The notes under the pieces were generated by a model that was given only the letters and a program-made list of their open reading frames with translations, was not told the origin of the DNA and ran no database searches. Positions 1-9,927 of a DNA stretch of 20,000 nucleotides are shown one piece after another. The stretch comes from Acanthaster planci (lineage: Eukaryota): assembly GCF_001949145.1 (NCBI RefSeq), contig NW_019091355.1, forward strand, positions 1,613,024-1,633,023, written 5' to 3'. Each line of letters starts with the position of its first letter. Within the stretch, counting starts at the first letter, position 1. A program made the position numbers and the translations under genes.

Positions 1-1256
1 ACAAAACTGCTTTTATATCAACTGTTTCAAAAACTTCTGCTGTAATGTGAGGGATTACTATCACAACCTCTGCCCATACTTTTGCAATTTTTTTCTGTAA
101 TCTAACTAATTCAGATAACTTTCCTATTTACGGTCAACCAATGCTACAACATTTTCAAGGTTTCTGCATTTCAGATCCTCGAAAATTTCTCACATTTTAG
201 TCACTACCCCCCCCCCAAAATATGCTAGAACTATGCTTGGGTTGTTTCAATCTTGATATCGGCAATTTTAACGCAAATCTCTGCTCACCTGTAACTTTTC
301 TCAACCTACTTCAAAAACTGCTCTCTCGGAGAACAAACAGAATCTTAAAAATCAACCAAAAGGTAAAAATGTATTTCATGCTATGCAGTTGAAGGCAATA
401 GTGGCAGATGAATTCTAGGAAAAAGCAATCTCCAACATTACTGCTGAAACACGTACTTGAAGTAAAAGCAAAATGTACGTTGTTTGCAAGCACCAGCTGT
501 TGCGAATCAAGAAAACAAAGACAGAACAGAACAAATGGCCAAAAATGGCACAGAAATGGCACAACAACACGTCCAGCAAATTGGTTTCCGACCATGCATA
601 AAGCTCTCTTAGCATGTCTTGCAATTAAAGGGAACTTAACGATAGCACATGATGGAATTCCTATAAAGACAGTCTTCTTGCCTTGATGGAATCATATCTG
701 ACATATCTACAACAATACTCTCGGTGCAATTGACTCAGACAGGAATATAACTTTAAATAACTTCTTGCACAAGTGTATATATTTGAGACAGGTAAATTTT
801 TTCACACACTACGTTTCACGGTGCTGCATTTCACTTTTATGCCACAAAAGACGACTCACAAATTTGCTTCTCATCCAGTGACTATATTACAGAGAAATTG
901 AACAAATAGGAATGTAGAAGGCAGTACATTGTTTTAAAGGGTTCCTTCAAAGCCACCATACTTGAGTACCCCAAAAACCCAATGTGAATGTGAAGAGTGT
1001 CACCTTTTTCATGTGTCTGAAATCAGTAAATAGGCTAATCATAACCTTTTCAAGTGAACCTTGCACCGGAAATACAACCTTTGATGTCTTAACACCTGCT
1101 AAACTCTTCAAATAATTCATAAAGGGCGCAGGATTTGTTCTTGGGGAGGTTTTTTTTAAATACATGTAGAATTTATGGCTACAAAGAACAGATCTGAATT
1201 TACATCAATGTGAACACACAGAACACTACAAAGCACTACAACCTTCAACATGTGCA
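1..1256 (-). other. Probable 3' UTR / downstream region of the RUFY gene
   Basis: AT-rich non-coding sequence after the stop codon; I found no canonical AATAAA on the minus strand, so the 3' end may lie outside the window. Confidence 0.5.
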
Positions 1257-1394
1257 CTATGATACCGAATAGCGTTGTAGGAGCTCTGTGTGGCACCGGT
1301 CGCAGCAGCGTACCGGCTTGGCAAAGGCTGGCAGGGGCATCACGTTCTCGGAGCAGGAGTTGCAGAAGATTCCTCCACAGTTACGACAGTGATG
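1257..1394 (-). CDS. RUFY2: RUFY last coding exon, FYVE C-half ([45 protein letters not shown])
   Basis: Acceptor cccccaacag; joins RRK|HHCRNCG (PI3P-binding R+HHC+xCG motif); three further CxxC pairs; TAG stop at 1259-1257. Confidence 0.96.
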   Translation of the reverse strand, partial: HHCRNCGGIFCNSCSENVMPLPAFAKPVRCCDRCHTELLQRYSVS

Positions 1395-1421
1395 CTGTTG
1401 GGGGGGTGGGGAGGAGGGGAT

Positions 1422-1625
1422 NNNNNNNNNNNNNNNNNNNNNNNNNNNNNNNNNNNNNNNNNNNNNNNNNNNNNNNNNNNNNNNNNNNNNNNNNNNNNNN
1501 NNNNNNNNNNNNNNNNNNNNNNNNNNNNNNNNNNNNNNNNNNNNNNNNNNNNNNNNNNNNNNNNNNNNNNNNNNNNNNNNNNNNNNNNNNNNNNNNNNNN
1601 NNNNNNNNNNNNNNNNNNNNNNNNN
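1422..1625. other. Assembly gap (N run) in the last intron
   Basis: 204 Ns; flanking exons join in frame (RRK|HHCR), so no constitutive coding exon is missing. Confidence 0.99.
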
Positions 1626-1768
1626 CACTTCTAGTTTATTTTAAGACGCGCAATTTATTTCCTTGCTAGTGAGAAAATCTGCGAGTATCTAAAATTGAAG
1701 CAGAACATTCAATGCCTGGGGAGTCAATTCTGACACTTTAATGCTGCTTTTATTGAAACTAAACCTAC

Positions 1769-1895
1769 CTTTCTCCTTGAGACAGAGAAGGCTTTTTCAC
1801 ACTGCATGCAGCTAGTTATCTCCTTGTCGTCAGCCCACACCCTCTTATCCAGGGACTGTACTGCTTCCTGCATGCTCTCCATTTTCAACCTCGAT
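1769..1895 (-). CDS. RUFY2: RUFY exon 13, FYVE N-half (SRLKMESMQEAVQSLDKRVWADDKEITSCMQCEKAFSVSRRK)
   Basis: Acceptor tttctccttctgaag, donor AAG|GTAGGT; 127 nt, phase 2-0; FYVE WxxD motif and first CxxC. Confidence 0.94.
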
Positions 1896-2159
1896 CTTCA
1901 GAAGGAGAAATAAGAAGCAGAAGCAGTAGATTCTATGTTTTCAACACTGGTTGGTTAAGAGAGCAATGATGAATCGTTCAGATTGAAAAATGGAACAACA
2001 TATGTGACCAGCAGCTTGTCTCCATCCAATCTTTGGAAGATTCCGGAACAATTTGAATTACAGGTGCTGAATGTGTGACACACAGCTGCCCGGTTACTTT
2101 CATCAACCCCTTCAACAGACTAGTGGCAGACCCGTACACAGCGACCACAGTCCCCCCAA

Positions 2160-2267
2160 CCTCACCAAGACTTGCTTACATACTTTTGCTTGGCTCCTTC
2201 ATCGTCTTGATCTGCGACTGCTCAAGACCCGTGCTTTCTTCTCTCAACTTCTGGTGTTGCCTGGTCA
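2160..2267 (-). repeat. Diverged intronic duplicate (143-bp offset) of the 3' part of exon 12 and its donor
   Basis: ctctcaacttctggtgttgcctggtca (2241-2267) versus ctctcaacttttggtgttgcctggtca (2384-2410); translates TRQHQKLREESTGLEQSQI versus exon TRQHQKLREECSGQEQALI. Confidence 0.9.
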
Positions 2268-2328
2268 GCCCTCCCCTTCCTTCCTTAAAACTAGACTCCA
2301 ACCCAAACATCCCCTCGTCAAGACTTAC

Positions 2329-2553
2329 TCGCTCAGCTTGTCGCCCATCTCGATCAGCGCCTGCTCCTGGCCTGAGCACTCCTCTCTCAACTTTTGGTGT
2401 TGCCTGGTCACTTCCACCAGCTCGTCCTGCAGCTTCTTGGCATCCAGTGTCTCCCGCTGCAGTTGGGCCACAAGCTCCTTCTCCCTGGACAGCTCCTTCT
2501 GCAGCGAGGCCCGCCACTCCCGCTCAATCTTCAGATCCGTCTCCAAGGCCGCA
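2329..2553 (-). CDS. RUFY2: RUFY exon 12, coiled coil (AALETDLKIEREWRASLQKEL...QEQALIEMGDKLSE)
   Basis: Acceptor gtcttcag, donor GA|GTAAGT; 225 nt, phase 2-2; conserved LETDLKIE.EWR..LQ and EQEQAL.E.G.KLSE. Confidence 0.95.
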
Positions 2554-3144
2554 CTGAAGACGACAACAAATCCAAAAGCGTGACATACTCACCCCCTTTC
2601 TTAGCTGTACCTACATCCTTCACATCAACCAAGAATATGCCTTAAAGAAAGGTTATCACTTAAGTGATTGCCAGTCAGACACCTCAGACAAGGCCAAGCT
2701 AAAGCCATGTCTCCATCACTTGGCTGCATCTGCAAAGACCACGTGCACCTATGGAAGCCGTCAGCTAGCGGCTTCATTCCTTTTTCATAGACTTACACCT
2801 ATTTCCAGCCACAGCCATGTAATTTGGACACAGCATGCTCTTAATGTATTCTAATGAACCATTTGGAGTCACCATTGGAAATGAGGCAAGTCAAAACATG
2901 ATAGCTAACAATACACAGGCTTGGTACTTTGGCAAGATTTGTACTATTCCACGGTAGATATCACTACCTGTGGAGACTTCACAGAAACTCAACCATAACA
3001 CTGTGTTTGACTGCATGAAACAAAACAAAAATACTTCACATTTCTTCACTGTGATTATAAAGACATGAAACAGCGACTCGGGAGGGTTAGATGATGCAAC
3101 ACTGACTACTGGTGGCACACACAAAAGTGTATCAGAGGGCTTAC

Positions 3145-3231
3145 CGCTTGGCGTCCTTCTCCGCTATTTGCTGTCCCAACTTTCGGGAGGTTTCAACAGC
3201 GGCCTCTTTCTCTTTTTCGGCCTTCTTCAGT
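3145..3231 (-). CDS. RUFY2: RUFY exon 11 (RLKKAEKEKEAAVETSRKLGQQIAEKDAKR)
   Basis: Acceptor cacaacag, donor CG|GTAAGC; 87 nt, phase 2-2 (symmetric, skippable); coiled-coil-like composition. Confidence 0.85.
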
Positions 3232-4043
3232 CTGTTGTGTGGGTCATGCGGAAGGGGGGTCACAGAAAAAGTGCGCCACCAGCGTGCGAGCGAGTGAGTC
3301 ACGGACACCAACAGCCAAACAATCACAGGGGGGGCCACAGGATGCAAGAATGGAAGGAAGGGGAAAAAAATAAAACCAGAACAAAAAGGTGAGTCCTTCA
3401 AAAGAAAAAAATGGGTTTTGTTTGTTTTACAGCAGGCAACGGTGCAAGGCGCATGAAGAGATATTTTGACCATGTTGTAAATTGTTCACCAAGAAAACTC
3501 TGAGATTGAAAGATGAATGACAGAAAGCACAGGATATTTCATAATTTCATAAATGTGATATTATTGATACCACTAGAAATTATGAGCACTTATTGATACG
3601 TATCAGTACATTTACCACAAAACCATGCAAAACGATAAAACTCAGATTACTGACACAGCACATAACACTTGTATGACAACCTTCGATGAGTTTTATATTT
3701 CAAAAGGTGCTATGCATGAAAAGCACATGCACAACACACACCTACCTTTCCCAATTTTGTCTTTTGCTTAAATTTTAGCCAGGCAAGGCCAAATTTTTTA
3801 CTCTTTTGAAAAAACTTATATGTCTGAGACTGACAAGGCAATATCTCATTCGAGAAATAAAAAGAGTGATTTCTCTTTAACTTCAGAACTTTCAGTCCTA
3901 GAGAAACACGTATCTATTACCAGATACACCAAGTATAAGAAATTTAAATAGAATGTGTGCCAGTCTACCTCCAAACTCATGGCATGCACGACCTGTGAGA
4001 AAATATCTGCCACCTACGTGGCAAAAGAGGGCGCTACACTGAC

Positions 4044-4141
4044 CTTTCCTCTATCTGAGTGATGGTGGCTCCCATTTGTTCAGCCTTTTCCTCAAGTTTG
4101 TTGACAAGATCCGCCTTGTGCTGAAGAGAACTGTCCGAGGA
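4044..4141 (-). CDS. RUFY2: RUFY exon 10 (SSDSSLQHKADLVNKLEEKAEQMGATITQIEE)
   Basis: Acceptor ccatgtag, donor AAG|GTCAGT; 98 nt, phase 0-2; matches RUFY SSD..KQK.EL..RLEEK..QM.ATI.QLE. Confidence 0.9.
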
Positions 4142-4382
4142 CTACATGGAATTCAGATCAGAAAAAAAGACAGACCATGTCCTCAATGAGCAGGTACACA
4201 GGTATATGTCCCACATGGTGTGAGGACACATCAAAGTCCACACACTCTGCTCGAAGTTTTCCTAATGGATGAAACCTGCACCACAATACTGTAGAGACCA
4301 GGGAACAGGGAGAATACAGGCACTTGTTGGGTCTCTTGACAGCAAGCCAAAGTAAACACTCTGTGGAGAAGGATGTAGATAC

Positions 4383-4550
4383 CTGTAGTCTATTGTAGAG
4401 GTCTATATTGATGGTCTTGATGTCCTCCAGCTGTTTCCGTAAGGAGATGATCGTGTCTTGTTTCTCGTGGATGTCCTTCTCCAGCAGTCTCATGGCCATC
4501 TCCATCTCAGACTTCAAGCTTAGTTGCAACTTTAGTTCCTGCTCCACATC
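4383..4550 (-). CDS. RUFY2: RUFY exon 9, coiled coil 2 ([56 protein letters not shown])
   Basis: Acceptor aaccaatcag (weak pyrimidine tract), donor CAG|GTATCT; 168 nt, phase 0-0; conserved EME.AM.LLEKD.HEKQDT...LR.QL. Confidence 0.95.
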
Positions 4551-4596
4551 CTGATTGGTTCAAAGTGACGGTATGCATATTCATGATCAGACTCAT

Positions 4597-4673
4597 GACT
4601 TTAAAACCCATGCCAAGTCAAGCTCCTGCTCTCCATCCTGATTGGTTGAAAGTTAAAGTATGCATATTCATGA
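4597..4673 (-). repeat. Diverged tandem duplicate (87-bp offset) of the exon 9 acceptor and first ~14 codons
   Basis: tcctgctctccatcctgattggttgaaagttaaagtatgcatattcatga versus tcctgctccacatcctgattggttcaaagtgacggtatgcatattcatga (4537-4586). Confidence 0.88.
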
Positions 4674-5356
4674 CAAAATTCATCAAGCATGGCTTTCAAA
4701 CACATTGGTTCTTCAGCTGTTGCTTCATATCATCATTAGTTCAAAATAAGGGAGCATCGAAAAAGTCTAGAAAATTCATGTACTACTGGATTGCTTCCAC
4801 AGGAGCACGAGCATTCCATCGGCACATCTACTCATTGCGGGACCAGTCTGCTTCATGCATAGACCATTCTGAGGTAGCAATCTAATGGAAATACTGTGGT
4901 CAGTGTGAAACAGCCACCTGAGTTGCAGTGAGAAGCCTTCCGAAGGGAATGTTCCAACCGTTCAGAATTATGAAACCCTCCCTACAAAGCATGCATTTTT
5001 ATGACCTTACATGTACATGTTAATTTACCGTATGCACATTCAAGCTGTACATCTTATGCAGATGTTCCGCGCAATGACGACAGACTGAAGGGGATTGCTT
5101 TACTTGTCTTTATTTCTCTTGGTTTGTGGTCATGAAGGAAGTCTGAATGCGCTGAATAGGCCTTAAGTGTAAAAGCAAGGGTTTGAGGGCAAGGGTTTTT
5201 ATCACTAGGATGGGCTTGAGCAAACCTTTTGTGCATCCACTGTGACAAAAATGAAATAAAGAACAACTCTGGGACACACGCAACACTGAAAGGGTCTACT
5301 CTCTTTAGAAGCCGGCCCGCTGACCACGAATGTCGTGAGTTTACAGACAGGTTTAC

Positions 5357-5473
5357 CTGTCTGACTTGAGCCTCATGTTGTAGCTTGTCCTGCGCCTCAC
5401 CGTACAACTCATTCAGACCGATCCTTGAGGTGTTGTAGGTTTCCCTTTCAACGTCCATGTCAGCCCTCACAAT
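5357..5473 (-). CDS. RUFY2: RUFY exon 8 (IVRADMDVERETYNTSRIGLNELYGEAQDKLQHEAQVRQ)
   Basis: Acceptor tttttgtag, donor CAG|GTAAAC; 117 nt, phase 0-0; resembles the RUFY1/2 E.ETY..SR.GL.EMY..A...L..E...R segment. Confidence 0.92.
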
Positions 5474-5675
5474 CTACAAAAAGATAAACAGGAGCACTGG
5501 TACCCCATCTCAAAAGCATGATACTGCAGGTACGTCAAAATCTAAACAGTGCAATGAGATGGGACTAATCTAAGACAGTGAAAAGCATATCAAGTGACGA
5601 CTATTATAACATGGCATATTGTCAACGGTTACAAATTACAATACTGCTTGGTTGCTCTCTTGTTCATCAAATTAC

Positions 5676-5777
5676 CTGTAACTTCCGCTGAACCTCATTC
5701 TTCATGGCGTCGTTTTCTGCTTTAAGTCTGTCGTTTTCGGCTTGGATTGACAAGATGTTGTTGTTTGCCACGGCCAG
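5676..5777 (-). CDS. RUFY2: RUFY exon 7, coiled coil (LAVANNNILSIQAENDRLKAENDAMKNEVQRKLQ)
   Basis: Acceptor ccttttcag, donor CAG|GTAATT; 102 nt, phase 0-0; EE-LAVANN matches RUFY proteins. Confidence 0.92.
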
Positions 5778-6125
5778 CTGAAAAGGAGACATTTATAAGG
5801 ATAATTTTCTCGTGTTCCTCCCGAGTAGGCAGTTTCTTATTTCACAGCAGCAAACGGGATGATGGGTAGCAAGACAAAATATGCCGGCTGTTTGTGGCAA
5901 GTTGGAAAGTCACAAAAACTGGGTGCCATATTGTCTTGAAAATTTGCTTCAACACCAGTCCCACTGAAGAGTGCTGCTAACAGTTACACTCTTTCATAAA
6001 ATATTGTGAAAGAAACCAACTGCATTGTTCACAGCTTCCTATCTCAATCAATGCTGACACAATCGTAAGACTTCAAGATATTCCTCTGTCAATGTTAGTA
6101 GCCACAGTACTTGTAATAATACAAA

Positions 6126-6470
6126 TAATACCTAATGTGAAGTCTCGTTAATGAAGTACTTTACACTGGTAATACCTCCTCCTTGTAATACCTAATGTGA
6201 AGTCCTAATGAAGTACTTTACACTGGTAATACCTCCTCCTTGTAATACCTGATGTGAAGTCCTAATGAAGTACTTTACACTGGTAATACCTTCTCCTTAT
6301 AATACCTAATGTCAAGTCCTAATGAAGTACTTTACACTGGTAATACCTTCTCCTTATAATACCTAATGTCAAGTTCTAATGAAGTACTTTACACTGGTAA
6401 TACCTTCTCCTTATAATACCTAATGTCAAGTCCTAATGAAGTACTTTACACTGGTAATACCTCCTCCTTA
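6126..6470. repeat. 57-bp minisatellite, ~6 copies, overlapping the exon 6 splice donor
   Basis: Unit cctaatgt(g/c)aagtcctaatgaagtactttacactggtaatacct(c/t)ctcctt(g/a)taata starts at 6131, 6191, 6248, 6305, 6362 and 6419. Confidence 0.97.
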
Positions 6471-6608
6471 GCCAGATTGCTGGCCTGTTCAAGGCTTTTG
6501 ATCTTTCCTTGAAGGACGTTAACCTGGGAGGCAAGGTGTCGGTTATGCTCCTCCAAGTAGTTCTTCTGATCCAGCAGGGCTGTCAAGTTGACCTCAGGTG
6601 CTTCCCCA
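6461..6608 (-). CDS. RUFY2: RUFY exon 6, coiled coil 1 (GEAPEVNLTALLDQKNYLEEHNRHLASQVNVLQGKIKSLEQASNLAKEE)
   Basis: Acceptor ttttcctcag, donor GAG|GTATTA; 148 nt, phase 2-0; conserved LDQKNY.EE.NRHL. Confidence 0.94.
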
Positions 6609-6762
6609 CTGAGGAAAAAAACAAGTTCCCAATCAGCAATCACAATGGTCTTTTCATCTTCATGGCACAGTGCACTTAAAGTCTGCACATGTTATCTGCT
6701 AGTCGTTAGGCGACACCATGAAATTATTTCCGATATTTCCCTAGTCCAGCCATCATGCTTAC

Positions 6763-6957
6763 CTAGAGCTTTCCTGCGGCTTTTCCAGATAGTTGCCGTC
6801 CTTCAGGTACATGCTGAAGTCAATGACGGAGGGGGCCGAGTCTAAATCGTCCCCCTTCAAGCACAAGTTGCAGTCGATGACGTTCAGGCCCACCAACAGG
6901 CCCGCTATGACAGGTGCTTCTTCCTCCAGTAGCAAGGCGCCGGGCTCGTACCATTCA
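6763..6957 (-). CDS. RUFY2: RUFY exon 5, end of RUN domain ([64 protein letters not shown])
   Basis: Acceptor tttcag, donor AG|GTAAGC; 195 nt, phase 2-2; matches RUFY YEP.AL..EEE...[20 protein letters not shown]...[11 protein letters not shown]. Confidence 0.96.
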
Positions 6958-7284
6958 CTGAAATAGGGGAATAGACAGTAACAATCATCGGAAGAGTCGC
7001 AATTTCGGGAAAATTGATTTGTCCCCAGGGCTCACTGCCCACAAAATGCGCAAGGCCAAAAAAATGTTTTCCAAGACAGACCTTTCTGTCTTCTTGTTGC
7101 ATTGGAAAGCCGTTTCAAGGGTATTTACAAAACAATCAAACAGATCCTGTTCCAAGTATCCATAAGGTTTCTGTCCCTGGAGAGGTTGCTGTCTTACTGG
7201 TAATAGAGGCTACTGGTCTACCGCCTAACACTCTACAGGTGCAAGTAAATACGCATTTTGAAAACAAATGTGTAGACAGCCTAC

Positions 7285-7386
7285 CTCAATACATCTTTTC
7301 TTTCTAGGAGAGCTTTAAAGTAGTCCGCTAAGTTCTTCTGCATCAGAGCTAACCTCAACCAAGCTCTGCCTCGCCCCAGACTGGTT
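7285..7386 (-). CDS. RUFY2: RUFY exon 4, RUN domain ([34 protein letters not shown])
   Basis: Acceptor ctgtag, donor AG|GTAGGC; 102 nt, phase 2-2; hallmark RUN motif [14 protein letters not shown]. Confidence 0.96.
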
Positions 7387-7742
7387 CTACAGTTAAAAAA
7401 AATATACATGTCAGGACTGTGCTTTTATCTCACCCGAATCTGCTTCAGCATTGAAAAGTAGCGTATGCATTGTACAATGCTAATATTAAAACGAGAGCGG
7501 ACAAAATATAATGATCCATTTTCCATCAGCCTGGTTCATATGCATGAGGTATGCCCAGAATTTCTCAGGTGGGCCTGCTGGATTCACCAAGACTGGATTT
7601 GGTTTAGCTGCATGAGTGAGCCCTCTATTGTCGATAGACTTTCGTTGCTGTGCAGGCCAGGCATCTTGCACTGTTGGGGGAAAGCAATTCAAATCCAGTC
7701 TAGTGCCAAGGTTTCAATGAGAAAAGAAAGTTGAGTACTCAC

Positions 7743-7860
7743 TTGATGCCTGGCAAGTTGCGTACACTGTCGGTGATTTCCTCTGCCTCTGGCGTGGTCT
7801 TTTCAAGGCTTTCCAGAGCACCCCAGAAGGACTTTTTCTTCTCAAGAAAGGTCTTTTTAG
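7743..7860 (-). CDS. RUFY2: RUFY exon 3, RUN domain (SKKTFLEKKKSFWGALESLEKTTPEAEEITDSVRNLPGIK)
   Basis: Poly-T acceptor tttttag, donor AA|GTGAGT; 118 nt, phase 1-2; matches RUFY KKTFL...KSFWG.LE..EK..PEA.EIT.SV..LPG.K. Confidence 0.95.
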
Positions 7861-8108
7861 CTAAAAAAAAAAACATTTACCTTTTTCCTTGCTTCTGTAA
7901 ATACTCTTGGATATTTTGGACAGCAGGGTATGATAAATGAGCAACAAACCCTTCACATTTTTATAAGCATTTGCTGGTCGTTCACCCTCATCAAAAGTGA
8001 ACAGAAACCAGCCCAAAACTACCAGCATAAAGCTTCCTGCATCCAAAGGTCTCTTAAGTACATACTGTAGAACAAAAGCATCCTTTCTTCACATTCCAAT
8101 CGGAAAAA

Positions 8109-8713
8109 NNNNNNNNNNNNNNNNNNNNNNNNNNNNNNNNNNNNNNNNNNNNNNNNNNNNNNNNNNNNNNNNNNNNNNNNNNNNNNNNNNNNNNNNNNNN
8201 NNNNNNNNNNNNNNNNNNNNNNNNNNNNNNNNNNNNNNNNNNNNNNNNNNNNNNNNNNNNNNNNNNNNNNNNNNNNNNNNNNNNNNNNNNNNNNNNNNNN
8301 NNNNNNNNNNNNNNNNNNNNNNNNNNNNNNNNNNNNNNNNNNNNNNNNNNNNNNNNNNNNNNNNNNNNNNNNNNNNNNNNNNNNNNNNNNNNNNNNNNNN
8401 NNNNNNNNNNNNNNNNNNNNNNNNNNNNNNNNNNNNNNNNNNNNNNNNNNNNNNNNNNNNNNNNNNNNNNNNNNNNNNNNNNNNNNNNNNNNNNNNNNNN
8501 NNNNNNNNNNNNNNNNNNNNNNNNNNNNNNNNNNNNNNNNNNNNNNNNNNNNNNNNNNNNNNNNNNNNNNNNNNNNNNNNNNNNNNNNNNNNNNNNNNNN
8601 NNNNNNNNNNNNNNNNNNNNNNNNNNNNNNNNNNNNNNNNNNNNNNNNNNNNNNNNNNNNNNNNNNNNNNNNNNNNNNNNNNNNNNNNNNNNNNNNNNNN
8701 NNNNNNNNNNNNN
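8109..8713. other. Assembly gap (N run) in the intron between exons 2 and 3
   Basis: 605 Ns; flanking exons join in frame (HGLK|S|KKTF), matching RUFY homologs. Confidence 0.99.
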
Positions 8714-8877
8714 TACATGTACAATAGGGCTGCTGGTTTTGTCTTCGTGACAAAATCCTCGACTTTCACTCTGGTATTTTGTTCCCCTTGAATCTATCTT
8801 TCTTCTCGTAACTTGAACTAGATGAAATGGGTAAGACATGAGATCATAATGATGTCTGCCACGAACGAGGAGCTTAC

Positions 8878-9060
8878 ATTTCAATCCGTGGCTCAGGATG
8901 TGCTCCATGACGACAAAGAATTGCTGGAGTGGAACGTGTTCATCGTCCAGTGTCCTTGCCTCGGCCAGAGCCGACTCAATGAGATTCTTGATGCAGAGCT
9001 TGGCCACATTGAGCAGGTTGCTTCGCTCTACTAGCATGGGGTTCTTCATGACACTGTTAT
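8878..9060 (-). CDS. RUFY2: RUFY exon 2, start of RUN domain ([32 protein letters not shown]...[17 protein letters not shown])
   Basis: Acceptor ttcttcttcag, donor T|GTAAGC; 183 nt, phase 1-1; strong resemblance to RUFY ERxNLxNxAKLxIKxLIESAL...[18 protein letters not shown]. Confidence 0.96.
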
Positions 9061-9800
9061 CTGAAGAAGAAAAACCAAATGTGGAAAAAAAACATGTACA
9101 TGTACATCTCTGTTTTCCCTCTCTGTGAATGAATGTACAAGAGTAAGCCCCCCAATAATGGACTCCTCAAGCTTTGATTTAATTAAACTTTTAATAAACA
9201 AACTGCCAGCATTACGTAAACAAGTTAATGTAAAAACTGAAACCATACCTGCCGAAAGCACATGCACTGCATATTTCTCGGGCACGTCCATAAACCGCAC
9301 CATAATCTATTGCCATCTTTGCCACTGGCATCATTATCGATATTATCTTGGTCCCTAGCTTGATATCACTGTCAACATCACCCGCCCTCTGTCATTTTAC
9401 AAAATAATCCAAATTAGGCAATAGTCTATCCCTAACAGTCCCAAATCCTCCGATTTCAATATGATTTTGCAACACCCTACAGGGTTAGGGCTATCCCCCT
9501 TGAAACTGTCCATATCAAACTCATTTTGTGACATTCCCCACAAAGAAACACGTACATGTACATGCACCTGTTACCTGACAAGATCAGATGGACCATGGAA
9601 TGCATACTATCCTATGTGCATTTGCCAAGATATCATCCAAGACATCTTGGTGGGAAATTAAAACCACAGAATAACAGTCGATACCATTTGACATACATTG
9701 TACTGTACATTCCACATACTGTAGCAATAATGTGCATACCAGGAAATTCAGACGTACGTACATGTACATGTACAGGAGTAATTCCAGAAATGAGGGGTCN

Positions 9801-9927
9801 TTTGGCTGGTAATTTGCACTAATTCATCACTCTTGGAAATTTTAAAATGTACTGTGAACTTACAAAATCATGTCAGATATGACAGGGACACACCCAAAAA
9901 ATGGACCCCTACTTTATAGAATGACCC
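9801..9927 (-). mobile_element. Partial inverted second copy of the 17860-18103 element
   Basis: tttggctggtaatttgcactaattcatcactcttggaaat...tacaaaatcatgtcagat...tggacccctactttatagaatgaccc aligns to the reverse complement of 17861-17987; begins right after the single N at 9800. Confidence 0.8.

Noticed and set aside
2071..2645. Overlapping plus-strand ORFs (170, 160, 83 aa)
   Set aside because: Antisense shadows of GC-rich exon 12 and its intronic duplicate.
3232..3473. Hydrophobic in-frame upstream extension of exon 11 (ORF 3141-3473) as a membrane-anchored isoform
   Set aside because: Explained by the pyrimidine-rich, AG-free intron; nearby AGs (3397-3396, 3499-3498) are not in the required phase and there is no promoter evidence.
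6126..6470. CRISPR-like array
   Set aside because: Head-to-tail identical units with no unique spacers, eukaryotic intron, no cas genes.
7997..8791. Long ORFs containing X runs (also 1250-1669)
   Set aside because: Artefacts of translating through N gaps.
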